Below, in pieces: positions 28,116 to 40,849 of a stretch of 64,000 bases of DNA (its first letter is position 1; each line of letters opens with the position of its first letter). The notes beneath the pieces are model-generated. The model saw nothing but the letters and a program-made list of their open reading frames with translations, made no database searches and had not been told where the DNA came from. A program made the translations under genes and the position numbers. The DNA comes from Octopus vulgaris (taxonomy: Eukaryota), in the NCBI GenBank assembly GCA_951406725.2, contig OX597822.1, positions 34,534,001 to 34,598,000 on the forward strand, written 5' to 3'.

Positions 28116-30084
28116 TACATAATACTCCTCTTTTTGTCTATTACTTGATCTTTTTTAGCGGGACTTCCTTTTAGAGCGAGAGTGTATGTACTTGTGTGTG
28201 TGAAAGTATGTGTAATGTGTCGAGTGTATATGCTGTGTTAACGTGTTACAAATAAATAATATTAATGCACAGGCAGTGATATCTTACATCATGTCATCAG
28301 AGCAGGGTAGCTTTTGGTCTCTGCTATACAAAACAAACCCGTTTCAGACTGGTTTACGACGGCAGTCAGTCAAAATGACTTGTGTAATAATTGGTTCTCT
28401 GTGTTGCTGAACCACAAACGTTTGGAGGGTAAAACTGAACTCAAAATTTAAGTAGCTGTATTATTGTTAACGATAATATACATCTATTACAAATACACAT
28501 ATGAGAAATTAGTTTTATTTAAAGTTTACATTAATTTATATATTTAGAACTTAAGATTAATATTTATTTCATTATTTTGTTTAATCGATACGAAATGTGA
28601 AAAACAATTTAGCATCATAATTAATGTACATTTTTATATTTTACAGAATATTACAGTGGCCGAAGTAACGTTCAAATATTGACTATCATAAAAATGTGAA
28701 CGCTTTAGAATATAGAATAACGGTTATTCTAAATACATATGAATCGTTTAGTAATTGAGTTCACTCCATATTATGATTTCGAAGGCACAGTATAACTTAA
28801 ATATGAGACTAATCGTCATATTTAATTCTCCATCATATTACATGAATGCGCTTAAAACAGCAGCAACAACAACAATAACAACAAGAAAAAAGAAAACAAA
28901 ACCAGAAATCTATTAATGCATATATTTGCATTTGTAAATTAAAGCTACATGATGTGTCATAATATTCAATCGACAAATACATGCACAGAAACGATCAGTG
29001 AGCGTATATATAATCAGTTAAGAATCAATGCTGTGTGTCAAACATATACGAGGATGTTCACCATTAACATGTTATCACGCAAACACTTACAACACATATA
29101 AATTTAGTTATATCACAAACCGTTTATATGTTTACTTACACTGGAAGCTTTCCATATTTTCAGCAAATCAAAGATATTCAACCTTTATATCCCGTCTTTA
29201 TTATTTGTTTTTATTTTCAGGCATATCCTTTCTAGATCTGCATTAACTAATGTTTCTTTATTTTGCTCTTGTTTTGACCAACGGAAGGAGATTCGATGTA
29301 GATGCATAGTCTTCTAGAATTAGTGACTAAATCTCGCCCCTATAACACTTCACCACCATATAAAAATAAAATGGAAAGGACACAATAAAATGTAATCATA
29401 ATTTCTCTTAAGAAGGCAAAACAATCACAGCTGGAATATCTTTGATCATATATTGGTCTACATGATCGCAAATAATCTACTGCAATAGCACTCAAAAAAG
29501 AACGGGGAGAACACATTACAATCGTAATTACTCCTAAGGAGACAGAACGGTCACAGCTGGAATACCTTTGATCATAGAGGCTTACAAGATCATGAATAAT
29601 CAGTGTAATCAATTGCTTGAAGACGCTGAGATCAGAGTAGTAGAATACAGAGTGCTCAATGCACAGGCTTCTGATGTGAAACAAGGAAATCTATTACGAC
29701 CATTTATTTCACAAGTTGTTTTATAACGATGTAAACGTCTAAAACTGCTTGGGATGGAAACAGGGTCATGAAACTGGTTGTTTCTCTCTAGTACCTGATA
29801 TATGATTGATTGATTGATTCTAGTTTCAGCTTATGAGCTGTGGCCAAGCTGGGGCACCGCCATTAATATATATATCTTCTATCTTTTATATTTTACTTGT
29901 TTCTGCCATAAGGCTGTGGCCATACTGGGGCACTGCCTCGAACGAACATTATTCGAATGAATCGAGACCAGAGTTCTATTTTTCTTTTTTTAAAGCCTGG
30001 TACTTGTTCTACTAGTCACTTTTGCCTTACCGCTAAACAACATTTGTCAACAGGTAGTCAGGAACAAACGCACGCGCACACACA

Positions 30085-30115
<31 letters not shown>

Positions 30116-30254
30116 GCGATGTCTCGAAATTAAGGCAAACGAACTTTCGGGCTTCAATAACTATCATATATGTGATAAGATATGAAAATTATACATCATT
30201 GTAAAAGTTTAGTGTGTCTTCTTTATATATATATATATATATATATGTATACTC

Positions 30255-30315
<61 letters not shown>

Positions 30316-30318
30316 TTC

Positions 30319-30349
<31 letters not shown>

Positions 30350-30488
30350 ATAATAATATAAATGACATATATAGGCATTTATACATATGTACATACATAT
30401 ATATGTACATGGATATTCATATGTAGGAACAGGACGTCACAAAACGTAAACAACATAAAATACGAAAATACGAAATACGAATACGTGG

Positions 30489-30700
30489 AATATGAACTTT
30501 TTTCTCGAAAAACAAAAGAAACAAATGGAAAACAAGACAAGCAACACAAAGAACGACCCTTCATCAGTTGTCGGCTGCTTTACTAATCAGTATTTCGAGG
30601 ATTGAAAAAACAGCCTAGAACTAGTGAAGGGTCGTTCTTTGTGATGCGTGTCTTGTTTTCCATTTGTTTCTTTCGTTGTTTAGGGAAAAAAGTTCATATT
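30489..30700. repeat. Fold-back inverted repeat, ~90 bp arms
   Basis: aatatgaactttttt..gaaacaaatggaaaacaagaca..acaaagaacgacccttca vs tgaagggtcgttctttgt..tgtcttgttttccatttgtttc..aaaaaagttcatatt. Confidence 0.8.
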
Positions 30701-30819
30701 TAGGTGTTTTCGCTCAATAAACACTCACAATCCTCGGTCTGGGAATAGAAACCGCGATCCTACAACCACTAGGCCATTGCGCATCCACACACACACACAC
30801 CTATATATATATATATATA

Positions 30820-32260
30820 CTAGCAGCATAGCCCGGCGTTGCCCGAGTATGTAAGAGCCCCTAGTAGGCAACGACTAATCCCAATCTACTCCTTTCCCTC
30901 TAGGGAACGAAGGCCCATGTGTAGGTTGCAATGTCTTCTCTTCACTCGAATACTTCTGTGTATACGATGTTCCTAGCTGTCCCTTTGGGCGAAAACATGA
31001 AAACATCATTGCGCCTCCCAACGCGTGAACAGCGCACGTAGAGTTGACCGTGGGCGAAGCACTGTTCGCCCAAATGTAACCCAGCGACTTGTAGCGTTTG
31101 GCCTTGGGATTTATTGATCAACATTGCGAAGCAGAGTTTAACAGGAAACTGAGAACGCTTGACGTGGATTGGTAGGTCAGCGCTCGACGGTTGAAGGTGC
31201 ACGCGTGGAATGAAGACGTCCTCTCCCTTCCCACAACCGGTATGTATTGTGGCTGTTATTAAATGTGGTGCCAAATGTTTCACAACCAGATGTGCGCCGT
31301 TGCACTGTTTAGGTGGAACTAAATTCCTGATAAGCATAATGGGCGCACCGACTTTTAACTTCAGGATGTGTGGCGGCAGGCCTGGCGGTTCAAGTGAATT
31401 CAGGAATACAACACGATAATCGGCAAGCTCGGCGGGGTCTGCTGTCCTATCTATAGATTTGTAGATGTGCACATCACCAGGAATAGCTTCAAGTAGCTGG
31501 ATATTGATGGAGTTGACGGTTGTATTTGTGGGTGCGAGAATAGCTCTGCCATTTTAGGTCGCGTAAATTGTTTTGTAGGTCGTGGAAGACAGCGTCCCGG
31601 AGGCTAGCAGGAGTGTCGACAGTGGTGCAAAGTGAGTTAAAAAGGTCGAGTTGCGTCACCTAGACAGTCTGTGGTTTGTGTTTAATACACAAATCGGTTT
31701 GCTATGTGTGCCACATATGATTTAATTAACCGATTTTTTCCAGTAATAAAGTATCCTATTGGAATAAAAAGGGCCATATAGCTCATTGGAGCAGACATGA
31801 TGCTCGCTGTGAATTTAAAAAAAATTCCTGCCAATTTGTGAAAGATATTGTCGAAAATATGTCATCTTGAATTTGAACGCGATTTCCCAAAATGGCATGA
31901 TTTTATCGATTTTTTCTGATGGTAAGGTATTGCACGGAAAACTAACGTCAGAATTAAGTTTCTTAGGATAACATTAAGCTTCACCATGAGTTTGGGGAAA
32001 ATCGATTGCAAGTTGCGAAAACTACAACAGAAAATGTGTTGCATATAAAAAGCTTAGATTCTCGACCCCATGTCGAATTTATCGATATTTTTCAGAACTG
32101 GGGGAACTTTTGTAAACTTTCGCTGCGTTAGTTTTGAATTATGACATTGGGCTATGTGTGTGTCAAGTTTCATCAGAATCGGTTGAAAGCCGTGGTCAGG
32201 GTGAGGGTACAACCTGACAGACACACAGACAGACAAACTGCCGTTTATATAGAGAGAAGA
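30820..32260 (-). mobile_element. Internally deleted Helitron (1441 bp) with both termini and PIF1 helicase C-terminus (30942-~31560)
   Basis: 5' A|TCTTCTCTCTATATAAACGG; ORF with GLPPH.LKLKVGAPIMLIRNL..CNG..QFPVKLCFAM.INKSQGQTL..HGQLYV..SRV; 3' ctcgggcaacgccggg and CTAG|T. Confidence 0.92.
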
Positions 32261-32261
32261 T

Positions 32262-32782
32262 AAATCGGCATCACTTCAAAAAGCGCCGTGATCTTACACA
32301 TTGTAAACCTTCAATGCCAAATGGCTAATACTATCCAATCATATATATACTTATACATATTTATCTATGTATTTATTTACGTGTGCATTTATGACAAGCT
32401 TCTTCCAGTTTCAATCTACCAAATCTACTCACGAAGCCGTTGGGGTAGAGAAAATAATGGCCCAATACACCTTGCAGGGGGATTGAAACCAGAACCATAA
32501 TCTACACATAATTCTTCTTCTTTTTCCGAATGTACTTAAAATAAGTTATTAATATATCTCAAATAATCGTTAATAACGCACAGTTTATTATTTCTGCAAT
32601 TTTATTATCCTACTTCTTTGTATATTATGTAAGATTCAGCTTAAATGTTTATGTTCCTAATTTGTATAATCACTCAGTTATATTCCATATAAATTAGTTA
32701 TTTAATATGACTTGGATAGTATTAGCCAATTTGCATTAAACGTTTATAGCGTGATTATAGCGCATTCTGAAGTGATGCCTAT
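32262..32782. repeat. Degenerate inverted repeat, ~80 bp arms
   Basis: ggcatcacttca..tggctaatactatccaa vs ttggatagtattagcca..tgaagtgatgcc. Confidence 0.6.
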
Positions 32783-32812
32783 AAATAAATAAATAAATAT
32801 ATATGTATGTAA

Positions 32813-32843
<31 letters not shown>

Positions 32844-32845
32844 TG

Positions 32846-32913
<68 letters not shown>

Positions 32914-33233
32914 CATATATATAATCAAAATAAGCAACAAGGATATTCTATGTAATGCAGTAGGATCGTTTCATGCAACTCCATTTAATTGAACATTGCA
33001 ATTAAATTCTGGTGCTCCAACTTAAGCACCATATTCATCTGAATCTAAATTTTTGCTGATCTCATCTACCATACCTAAATTATAGAGATATATAGATAGA
33101 TATAGATATTGATACATGTGTCAATATATATATATTAATGAGGGAGCAACACCATGTATAATGCCCTATGGATGTATATACATATCTTAATGTAAATATA
33201 TGCGAATAATTATATCGACATATGCATATACAC

Positions 33234-33313
<80 letters not shown>

Positions 33314-33831
33314 GTATATACATAGATATATATATATATGCATATATATATATGTAAATATATACATGTAGACATATATGTGTATATACGGATATATATA
33401 TATTGACACATATATAATACATGTGTAAGCATACATATACGAATATATATGTGAGTATACATGCATATATATATGTATACGTAAATGCACACCACTGCAT
33501 ACATGCATAGTTTCTGTTGCCATTTATACAATATTCATCGTACTATATTTTTCATTTAATGTATTAAAATTAGCTAACAATTAAATTGTCAAATTAATGC
33601 TTATATTATAGAGGTATGTATTTATATTAGCCTTAGTGGTTCCTTCTATGCCGGATATAATTTAAATTTCCTTTCCTCTAATTTGTGCAAATATTCACTT
33701 AAATTCCTATGCAAATTATGTCTCTATTTAGAATTAAATTGAAATGCTCATTGTATTTCGAAATTTTGGATCTGACAAAAAGACTATGCTTTTATTACAT
33801 GTGACATCTTCGTATTAATCAATAACGAAGC

Positions 33832-33924
<93 letters not shown>

Positions 33925-33964
33925 CGTACGTACCTATCTACATATATATATATATGTATCTGTC

Positions 33965-34001
<37 letters not shown>

Positions 34002-34393
34002 TTACCTATCTACCTACCTACCTAACCACCAACCTACCTATGTATGTATGTATGTATGTATGTATGTATGTATGTATGTATGTATGTATGTATGTATGTA
34101 TGCATGCATGCATGCATGCATCTATCTACATACACGCATGAATATGAGCACTCATATACGTGTATATGTATGTATGTGTGTAAAGTTTCGGTACGGCGAG
34201 ATGTGGATGTGTTATAAATAATATTATAACAATCTCGTTGTAAAGCTATGTTAGTTAAACGTGTTAATCAAACAGCAAATTATAAATATAATTTTAGTCA
34301 AGCAATGCACGCGATTAGCCAATAAATGGAAGACATGAAAAAGAACTGTTTCGAATACAAAATAAATCAACATACACATACACATGAATGTAT

Positions 34394-34424
<31 letters not shown>

Positions 34425-34466
34425 TACATATATATATATACATACATATATATATATACATACATA

Positions 34467-34596
34467 CAGGGTGTCCCAAAAAAATGTATACACATAGTGG
34501 TTCGGCAAAAGAGAACGATAGAATAAGTACTAGGCTTACAAAGAATAACAAATTTACAATTATTTAAGGTGTGTATACATTTTTTGGGACACCCTG
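34467..34596. mobile_element. 130 bp Tc1/mariner-type MITE containing a SINE-C fragment
   Basis: TA|CAGGGTGTCCCAAAAAA(A)TGTATACACA ... TGTGTATACATTTTTTGGGACACCCTG|TA. Confidence 0.85.
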
Positions 34597-34648
34597 TATA
34601 TATACATACATACATATATATACATACATACATATATATATACATATA

Positions 34649-34680
<32 letters not shown>

Positions 34681-34814
34681 CATATATATACATACATACA
34701 TACATATATATACATACATACATACATACATATACATACATACATACATATATATAAACCAATAAAATTCCATCCTATTCTGATTTTTCGCAATTTTTAC
34801 AATTTTACAATGTC

Positions 34815-35412
34815 CTTTTCTACTCTAGGCACAAGGCACGAAATTTTGAGGGAGTGGGGTCAGTCGATTAGATCGACCCATGTACGCAACAGGTACTTAA
34901 TTTGTTAACCCCGAAAGGATGAAAGGCAAAGTTGACCTCGGCGGAATTTGGACTCAGATTGTGAAGACAGACGAAATACCGCTAAGAATTTCGCCCGGCG
35001 AGTTAAAGTTTCTTATTTCTTTATTGCCCACAGAGGGGACAAAAAAGGACACACAAAGGGATTAAGTCGATTACATCGACCCCAGTGGCTAACTGGTACT
35101 TAATTTATCGACCCGGAAAGATGAAAGTCAAAGTCGACCTCAGCGGAGTTTGAACTCAGAACGTAACCGCAGACGAAATACCTTTCTTTACTACCCATCA
35201 GGGGCTAAACACAGCGGGGATATACAAGGACAGACAAACGGATAAAGTCGATTATATCGACCCCAGTGCGTAACTGGTACTTAATTTATCGTCCCCGAAA
35301 GGATGAAAGGTAAAGTCGACCTCGGCGGAATTTGAACTCAGAACGTAACGGTAGACGAAATACAGCTAAGCATTTCGCCCGTCGGGCTAACGACTCTGCC
35401 AGTTCGCAGCCT
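34815..35412 (-). mobile_element. SINE family B concatemer (three units)
   Basis: Head, two tail-1 units, partial second head, tail-2 unit. Confidence 0.85.
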
Positions 35413-35681
35413 TACAATTTTACAATATTGAAATGAACCAGTACTTCCATGCGCTACGTAATCATTAGTTTCATGTGATGACAGTCGTTTTCCACAATTG
35501 ATAACTGTGGATTAATATATTTTTCTATACAATCATACAAGTTCTCTTATATATAGATATATAGGCGCGGGTGTTGCTTCCCAACCACATAGTTCAAGGT
35601 TCAATCCCAGACCCTTGTCAGTGGATTTAGCGGACTGAAAATGAAAGAAGCCCGTCGTATATCACTTACTATATAAAATAA

Positions 35682-35734
<53 letters not shown>

Positions 35735-36578
35735 CGCTTTTCACGCGAAAACGGCTGCATGAATTACTTCCATACGTGGAATGCATGAATAATTTGACTT
35801 CGGATAGAGAATAGGGTCATCAGTTTAATTTTTATTAAAAATATATAATGTTGCTTTACATTTTTGTTTCACTTCTTTAAAAAGGTTTCTCAATGTCAGC
35901 TTCTGGAATTGACGTAAAAAAAGTATCTCACTGTCTAATTTAATGATTTCTTATCAAGTTACAATTCGCTATTCGTAAACAACTACGATAAATTACTGAA
36001 AGAAATATTTTCTAAGTTCACAAATTTAAATATTAGGTGCAAGATAGTTTTTAACGTGCTTTTAGTAATACGATTTTTTCATTTCATGTTTATCTCTTTA
36101 ATGGGAGTAAAACTATTTTTCCGTTCTAATGAACTTGGATATGGTTTGCTTATATAATTTTACATAGTCGTAATGCAGCCATGAAACGCGCGTAGTCGAT
36201 GTACAAGTATTTACTTTTATACATCATATTAATGCATACATTTTTATTGTTCAATTTATATTTCATATGATTTTAGATTAATATTTTTATGATGAATATT
36301 TCTTTGTATTCGCTGGGATTTTAGAAGTATTTGCTCTTTTATATTATATGATTGTAATAATCTTACTGTTCAATATTATATATTATTAAAATTTTGGATT
36401 AGTATTTTGTATGGTATATGTCTCACAGCATGGTTTTGAACGGGTTATTCATTGACTGAGTTGTGGAATGGTAGTTCGTCTCTAAATTAGTTATATACAT
36501 ATATTATATATTACGAAATTCGGTCTAATATTATTATAGTGAATTTTACCTGTAAGGCTGGAATAATATTTTATTCCC

Positions 36579-36641
<63 letters not shown>

Positions 36642-36989
36642 AAAGTTGTTGCTGAAAATTCACATACATTTTAAAAACTTGTAATTGTTTAAAATAAATT
36701 TATATATATATAAACCAAACTAGTTTCAACAATGTATTTTGTTTACCAATGGTAAAAATTTAGAATTATGAATTAGAAAAACATTTTAAAAAGTTTCAAT
36801 GATAACAAATTTAAATGTTCATAACAGACAAATTTAGTTTTATGAATTTGAAAAAGATGTTCAAACATTTTGATGTTTACAGGATTAGATCTTCATAACA
36901 GTCAATAATATTAAAACTGTGCGTCAATTTGTTTGAATATGCAAAGCTCATCAGTATTAGTAGTAATCGACAAGAAATGAATATAATCA

Positions 36990-37875
36990 AAGTTTCAGTC
37001 ATACTGAGTTAAGAGGGAAAAAAAAAGCAAGGGAGAAATAAGGATAATATAAAAAGGGATTTGGTTTACAATTTTTCTGATCCTTTTTCCGTCGTGCGAA
37101 AGAACTTTGACTCGTAACGGTGTTTTGGAATCCGGTCTATTTACAATTTTTTTCCGTGAGCTGATCTGATTTTTGTTAAAGTACTGATCACGTCTTGTTT
37201 TTGCGGTGGTCAAGTTTTTCGTTCTGCCTGGTTGGCTTCCCTGTGGGGAACGGTTAGCAGTCGTTACGGTTGGTTGATTCCCTGAAAGGGCCATTTTGTT
37301 GTATTTGTTGAAGTTCGGTTTTGATTGTTATAGAGCTACATGACGTCAGCAACTGATGTTTGTAAAATTTCATTGGGCTAGAGATAGATGACGTCGGCAA
37401 TTGGTGTTTGTATGGTGTTATTGTATGGTGATTTGGAGTTGCGGTTTCAAAACCCGGGTGAGAGACTGTTACTAAAGTTTTTTAAATAGTCTGCTGTTCC
37501 TGGTTGTTTTTTGTGGAGAAATTGAGTCTTTTTTTCTTTTTCTCTTTAGTGTTTTTTCATCGTTCTAAAGGTTATTCAGCTGTGGTATATATTTTTTAAT
37601 GATTATGCTTTCTTAAACGGAATTGGTTTGGGATGATTTTAGTGCATTGATACAGAGAGAAGATTCGGTATTTCAGGTTTATGTTTACGGGGCATTGGTC
37701 TAGTTCTTTGCTTACAGGAATTTTCCTAATCGTGTGGTCCCGGATTTTTTGTTATTGCACCATTAGCCTGTCCTTAGTTTGACCTATGTAGTCTCCACCA
37801 CACCCTCCACATATGAGAACATAGATTAAGTTCTTCGAAGCACAGGTGAAGTGATTTTTACGATAAAAGTTTGAC
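36990..37875 (-). mobile_element. Penelope-like retroelement fragment (second family), GIY-YIG endonuclease relic at ~37570-37870
   Basis: Minus strand translates NHFTCASKNLIYVLICGGCGGDYIGQTKDRL..*QKIRD (not in the ORF track). The lower boundary is approximate. Confidence 0.75.
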
Positions 37876-38659
37876 CTGACATAAATTTGTATGTTAAGCC
37901 CTCTAAGAGGAAGATGCAAGTTCCGCAGTTATGGCGGTTGCACTATTTGACTCGTGTTTGTCACTCTCACCATCGCTTGGCAACCGATGTTAGTGTGCTT
38001 ACGTCCCGTAACTTTAGCGATTTGGCAAAAGAGCCTGATAGACTAAGTACTAGACTTACTAAGAATAAGTCATGGGGTCGATTTGTTCGACTAAAGGCGG
38101 TGCTCCAGCATGGCCGCCGTTAAAGGACTGAAACAAATAAAAGTTTAAAAGAATATATATGCATGCCTAATCATTAGGAGATACAAAAGTGTATTACATC
38201 CACGATCGTTTTGACGGTTTTTATGAATCAGAAATTTTTCTTTAGAAATTTCAGATCTTGCTCATTCCCTCTTTATTTAAGAAATCAGATATTTTGGAAC
38301 TTTTCTAAACACGAAAGCATTTCGGGTGAAAAAAGACAAATAAGTATACATAAGCGTCAGATATGGCTGTGTCGCTAGCAGGCTTGTTTTACAACCACGT
38401 GGTTTCGAATTCAGTACCAGTGCACGGTACCTGTGGCTAGTGTGTTCTACTATAGCACCGAGGCGCCCAATGCCTTGTAAGCGAACTTGGTAAACAGAAA
38501 CTGTGTGGAGCCCTTCGTGGATTTGAACCCGTAACCGCATGATTGCAACGCGTAATTGTTAATCATATGACCATGCCTGCACCTTTATATTAGTTATTTC
38601 AATAATATGATTATATAACAGTAAATTATATGATTATATAAATAACAGTTTTCACTTAC

Positions 38660-39151
38660 CTGCGGTATACTGAAAATAGCACTGAGGACCCACGCCATTG
38701 TGATCATGATACGTACTCTAAGAGGTGCTTTACTGCGGCTCATTGGCGAGAGGATGGCAAAACATCTATCCAACGCTATGCTTACTGTTATGTAAGTGGA
38801 TAAATGTAGACCAAAAACTGTAAGATACTTCATAATCTTGCACATTGTATTTCCTGCCAGCCACTCTACAGTAGCTGACCATATGATGTCCATAAGTATG
38901 TTGAAAAAACTGACCATTAAGTCAGCAATGGCTAGATTCAGGATTAAGCTTTGTATTGTGGAACGCGATCCTCTAATTCTGAATATTTGTATAATCACAA
39001 GAGTGTTTCCGAAAAAGGAAATCACAAAGACAGTTCCGAGGACACACAGCTTCGATACATATACATTATCAAAGCGAGGTGCATCAGGTAAAGGAGTAGA
39101 AGTTATGTTATAAGTCATGTTATTAAACATGGAATCGTTCAAGTAATCCAT
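38660..39151 (-). CDS. GnRHR: First coding exon (164 codons, N-terminus to end of TM4) of a rhodopsin-family neuropeptide GPCR; Octopus GnRH-type/corazonin-clade receptor
   Basis: ATG at 39151 gives MDYLNDSMFNNMTYNITS... with N-glycosylation sequons, TM1 GN, TM2 NLAIADL, ECL1 W-x-AG..C, TM3 DRC, TM4 W..S.PQ. Canonical donor CAG|GTAAGT follows 38660 (phase 0 after PQ). Matches my recollection of oct-GnRHR; not database-checked. The track ORF 38594..39172 starts at an upstream GTG and reads through the donor. Confidence 0.9.
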
Positions 39152-39320
39152 ATTGGATTTTTGTATAACCACACGGTAATCGATATTTCTGGAAATGTTC
39201 GTTGTCTTTTAAAGCGTAGATGTCATTAGAGTATCCTGTAGAATTACCACATAAATATATCTTCAATTAATATCCCGAAGATCAGTATCCATTGTCTTAA
39301 TAAATTCCATTGATTTGTAT
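39152..39320 (-). promoter_or_regulatory. Putative 5'UTR part of the receptor exon, with a splice acceptor and three uORFs
   Basis: Minus strand reads tttctctttaatattttcag|atacaa (AG at 39322-39321). uORFs: MEFIKTMDTDLRDIN* (39310-39263), MW* (39252-39244), MTSTL* (39226-39209). Confidence 0.55.
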
Positions 39321-40849
39321 CTGAAAATATTAAAGAGAAACATAAGGAATATAGAAAAGGAATCACTTTCATTAAACAAGTTTTAAAATTAATTTGTGTA
39401 CATACATGTATGAGTATGTTTGGTTATATCTACGTACATGCAGGTAAAGAATACTATAGTCTAATGCAGTAATCCAGCTTGATATCTGTGACAGTCAGTT
39501 GACATACGAGATAAGCTGTTATCTTAATCTCTACAATGGTAACTGCAAACCTATCACTTTGTCTATACAAAGATACAAGAATACTTTTCATTTGAACTCT
39601 TGTTAGATTCACTATTCCGAGATGTCTTTGACTGATGAGTTACGACGTTGTCGAAACACTGGGAGTTACAGAATCTGGTTACGTTAAGGAATCGAGTGTG
39701 CTATGAACACATATTTATCTTAAAGTAGAAGTTATTCTCCTTTGACAAAACACAACAGAGAGTAGCATATTTTAGTTCGACCCTGGAGTAGCGAGATGTA
39801 AGCCATAGATTTGATTCTCGTTGTTCACTGTGCAATATGACCATTTATTATTTTTGAACGTGAAACGATAAATATACATGATGCACACAAACGCACATGC
39901 ATAAACATACATAGCAGTTAGACCAAGGCATATAAACGAGATATTTAATCACTGAGAGTAAACAACAAATAAGCAGGTACTGAGTGCTATGAATTTATAT
40001 CTAGGCGAATGAGAGAAACTGGGAAAATGAACTTTAACTATAACACACGAAAAAAATATTGAATATTTACTACAAGTTAGCACTCTAGAGTTGTAGATGT
40101 TTTGGCGAATAATCCCCTTGTCAGCAGCCGTTGAGCTAAAGGTATTTAGATTTTTAAACTATACAATATAGAGCTAGTGACAGTGTGAGTAGTTGGTATA
40201 TAAACCAGCCAGGATTTGACAAACGAAACGAAATATTTGCTATTAGCTAGAATTAATAGCGTTTTTAGAAAGGTGGTGAGAATATTTCAAAAGGCCAGTC
40301 TTGTCACTTGATGGGTCACGCTGAATCTCCCTTAGAATTACTTTAAGTGTTACGCATATCTGTGGAGAGGTCAGCCACTTGCATGTTAATTTCACGAACA
40401 GGCTGTCCTGTTCATCAGCTCAACTGGAACTCCTGTCGTCGTAACCAACGGAGTGCCACACACACACACACATATATATATATATAAATCACAAAACGGA
40501 GCAAGAACGTAGCGCACGACAATAAAAACATAAGGACAGGTGGACGATTGAAAGATGGACAGGAAAACCAAGACGGAACATTTGTGGCTTTCTATTCATC
40601 AGTCAAGCTTTCAATCATCATTACAGTTTCGGCTGTTCAAAATTGCTACGGGCATTAAATGTTTGGAAGAAAGCGAGCGAATATGTGCGGCAACACAGAA
40701 AAAGAAACGAGAAAGCAGAGAAAATGTTACACGATTACAAATACAAACAACAAGAATAACAGCAGGTGTCTTTCGACTAAAAGAACAAGTTAAGTTAAGC
40801 TGGTGTGTGAAGTGGAAACCTTGTGGCAACAAACATACATGAAAGTCAA

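Noticed and set aside
36120-36200. CTAATGA ... GAAACGCGCGTA, Penelope-type stem III word
   Set aside because: Core mutated and no convincing stem I or II; cannot support a ribozyme call.
38594-38659. ORF extension VSENCYLYNH... after SIPQ
   Set aside because: Intron read-through past a consensus GTAAGT donor.
39625-39675. CTGATGA...GAAAC hammerhead-like words near the receptor exon
   Set aside because: Stems I and II pair poorly; may be chance or a very old relic.
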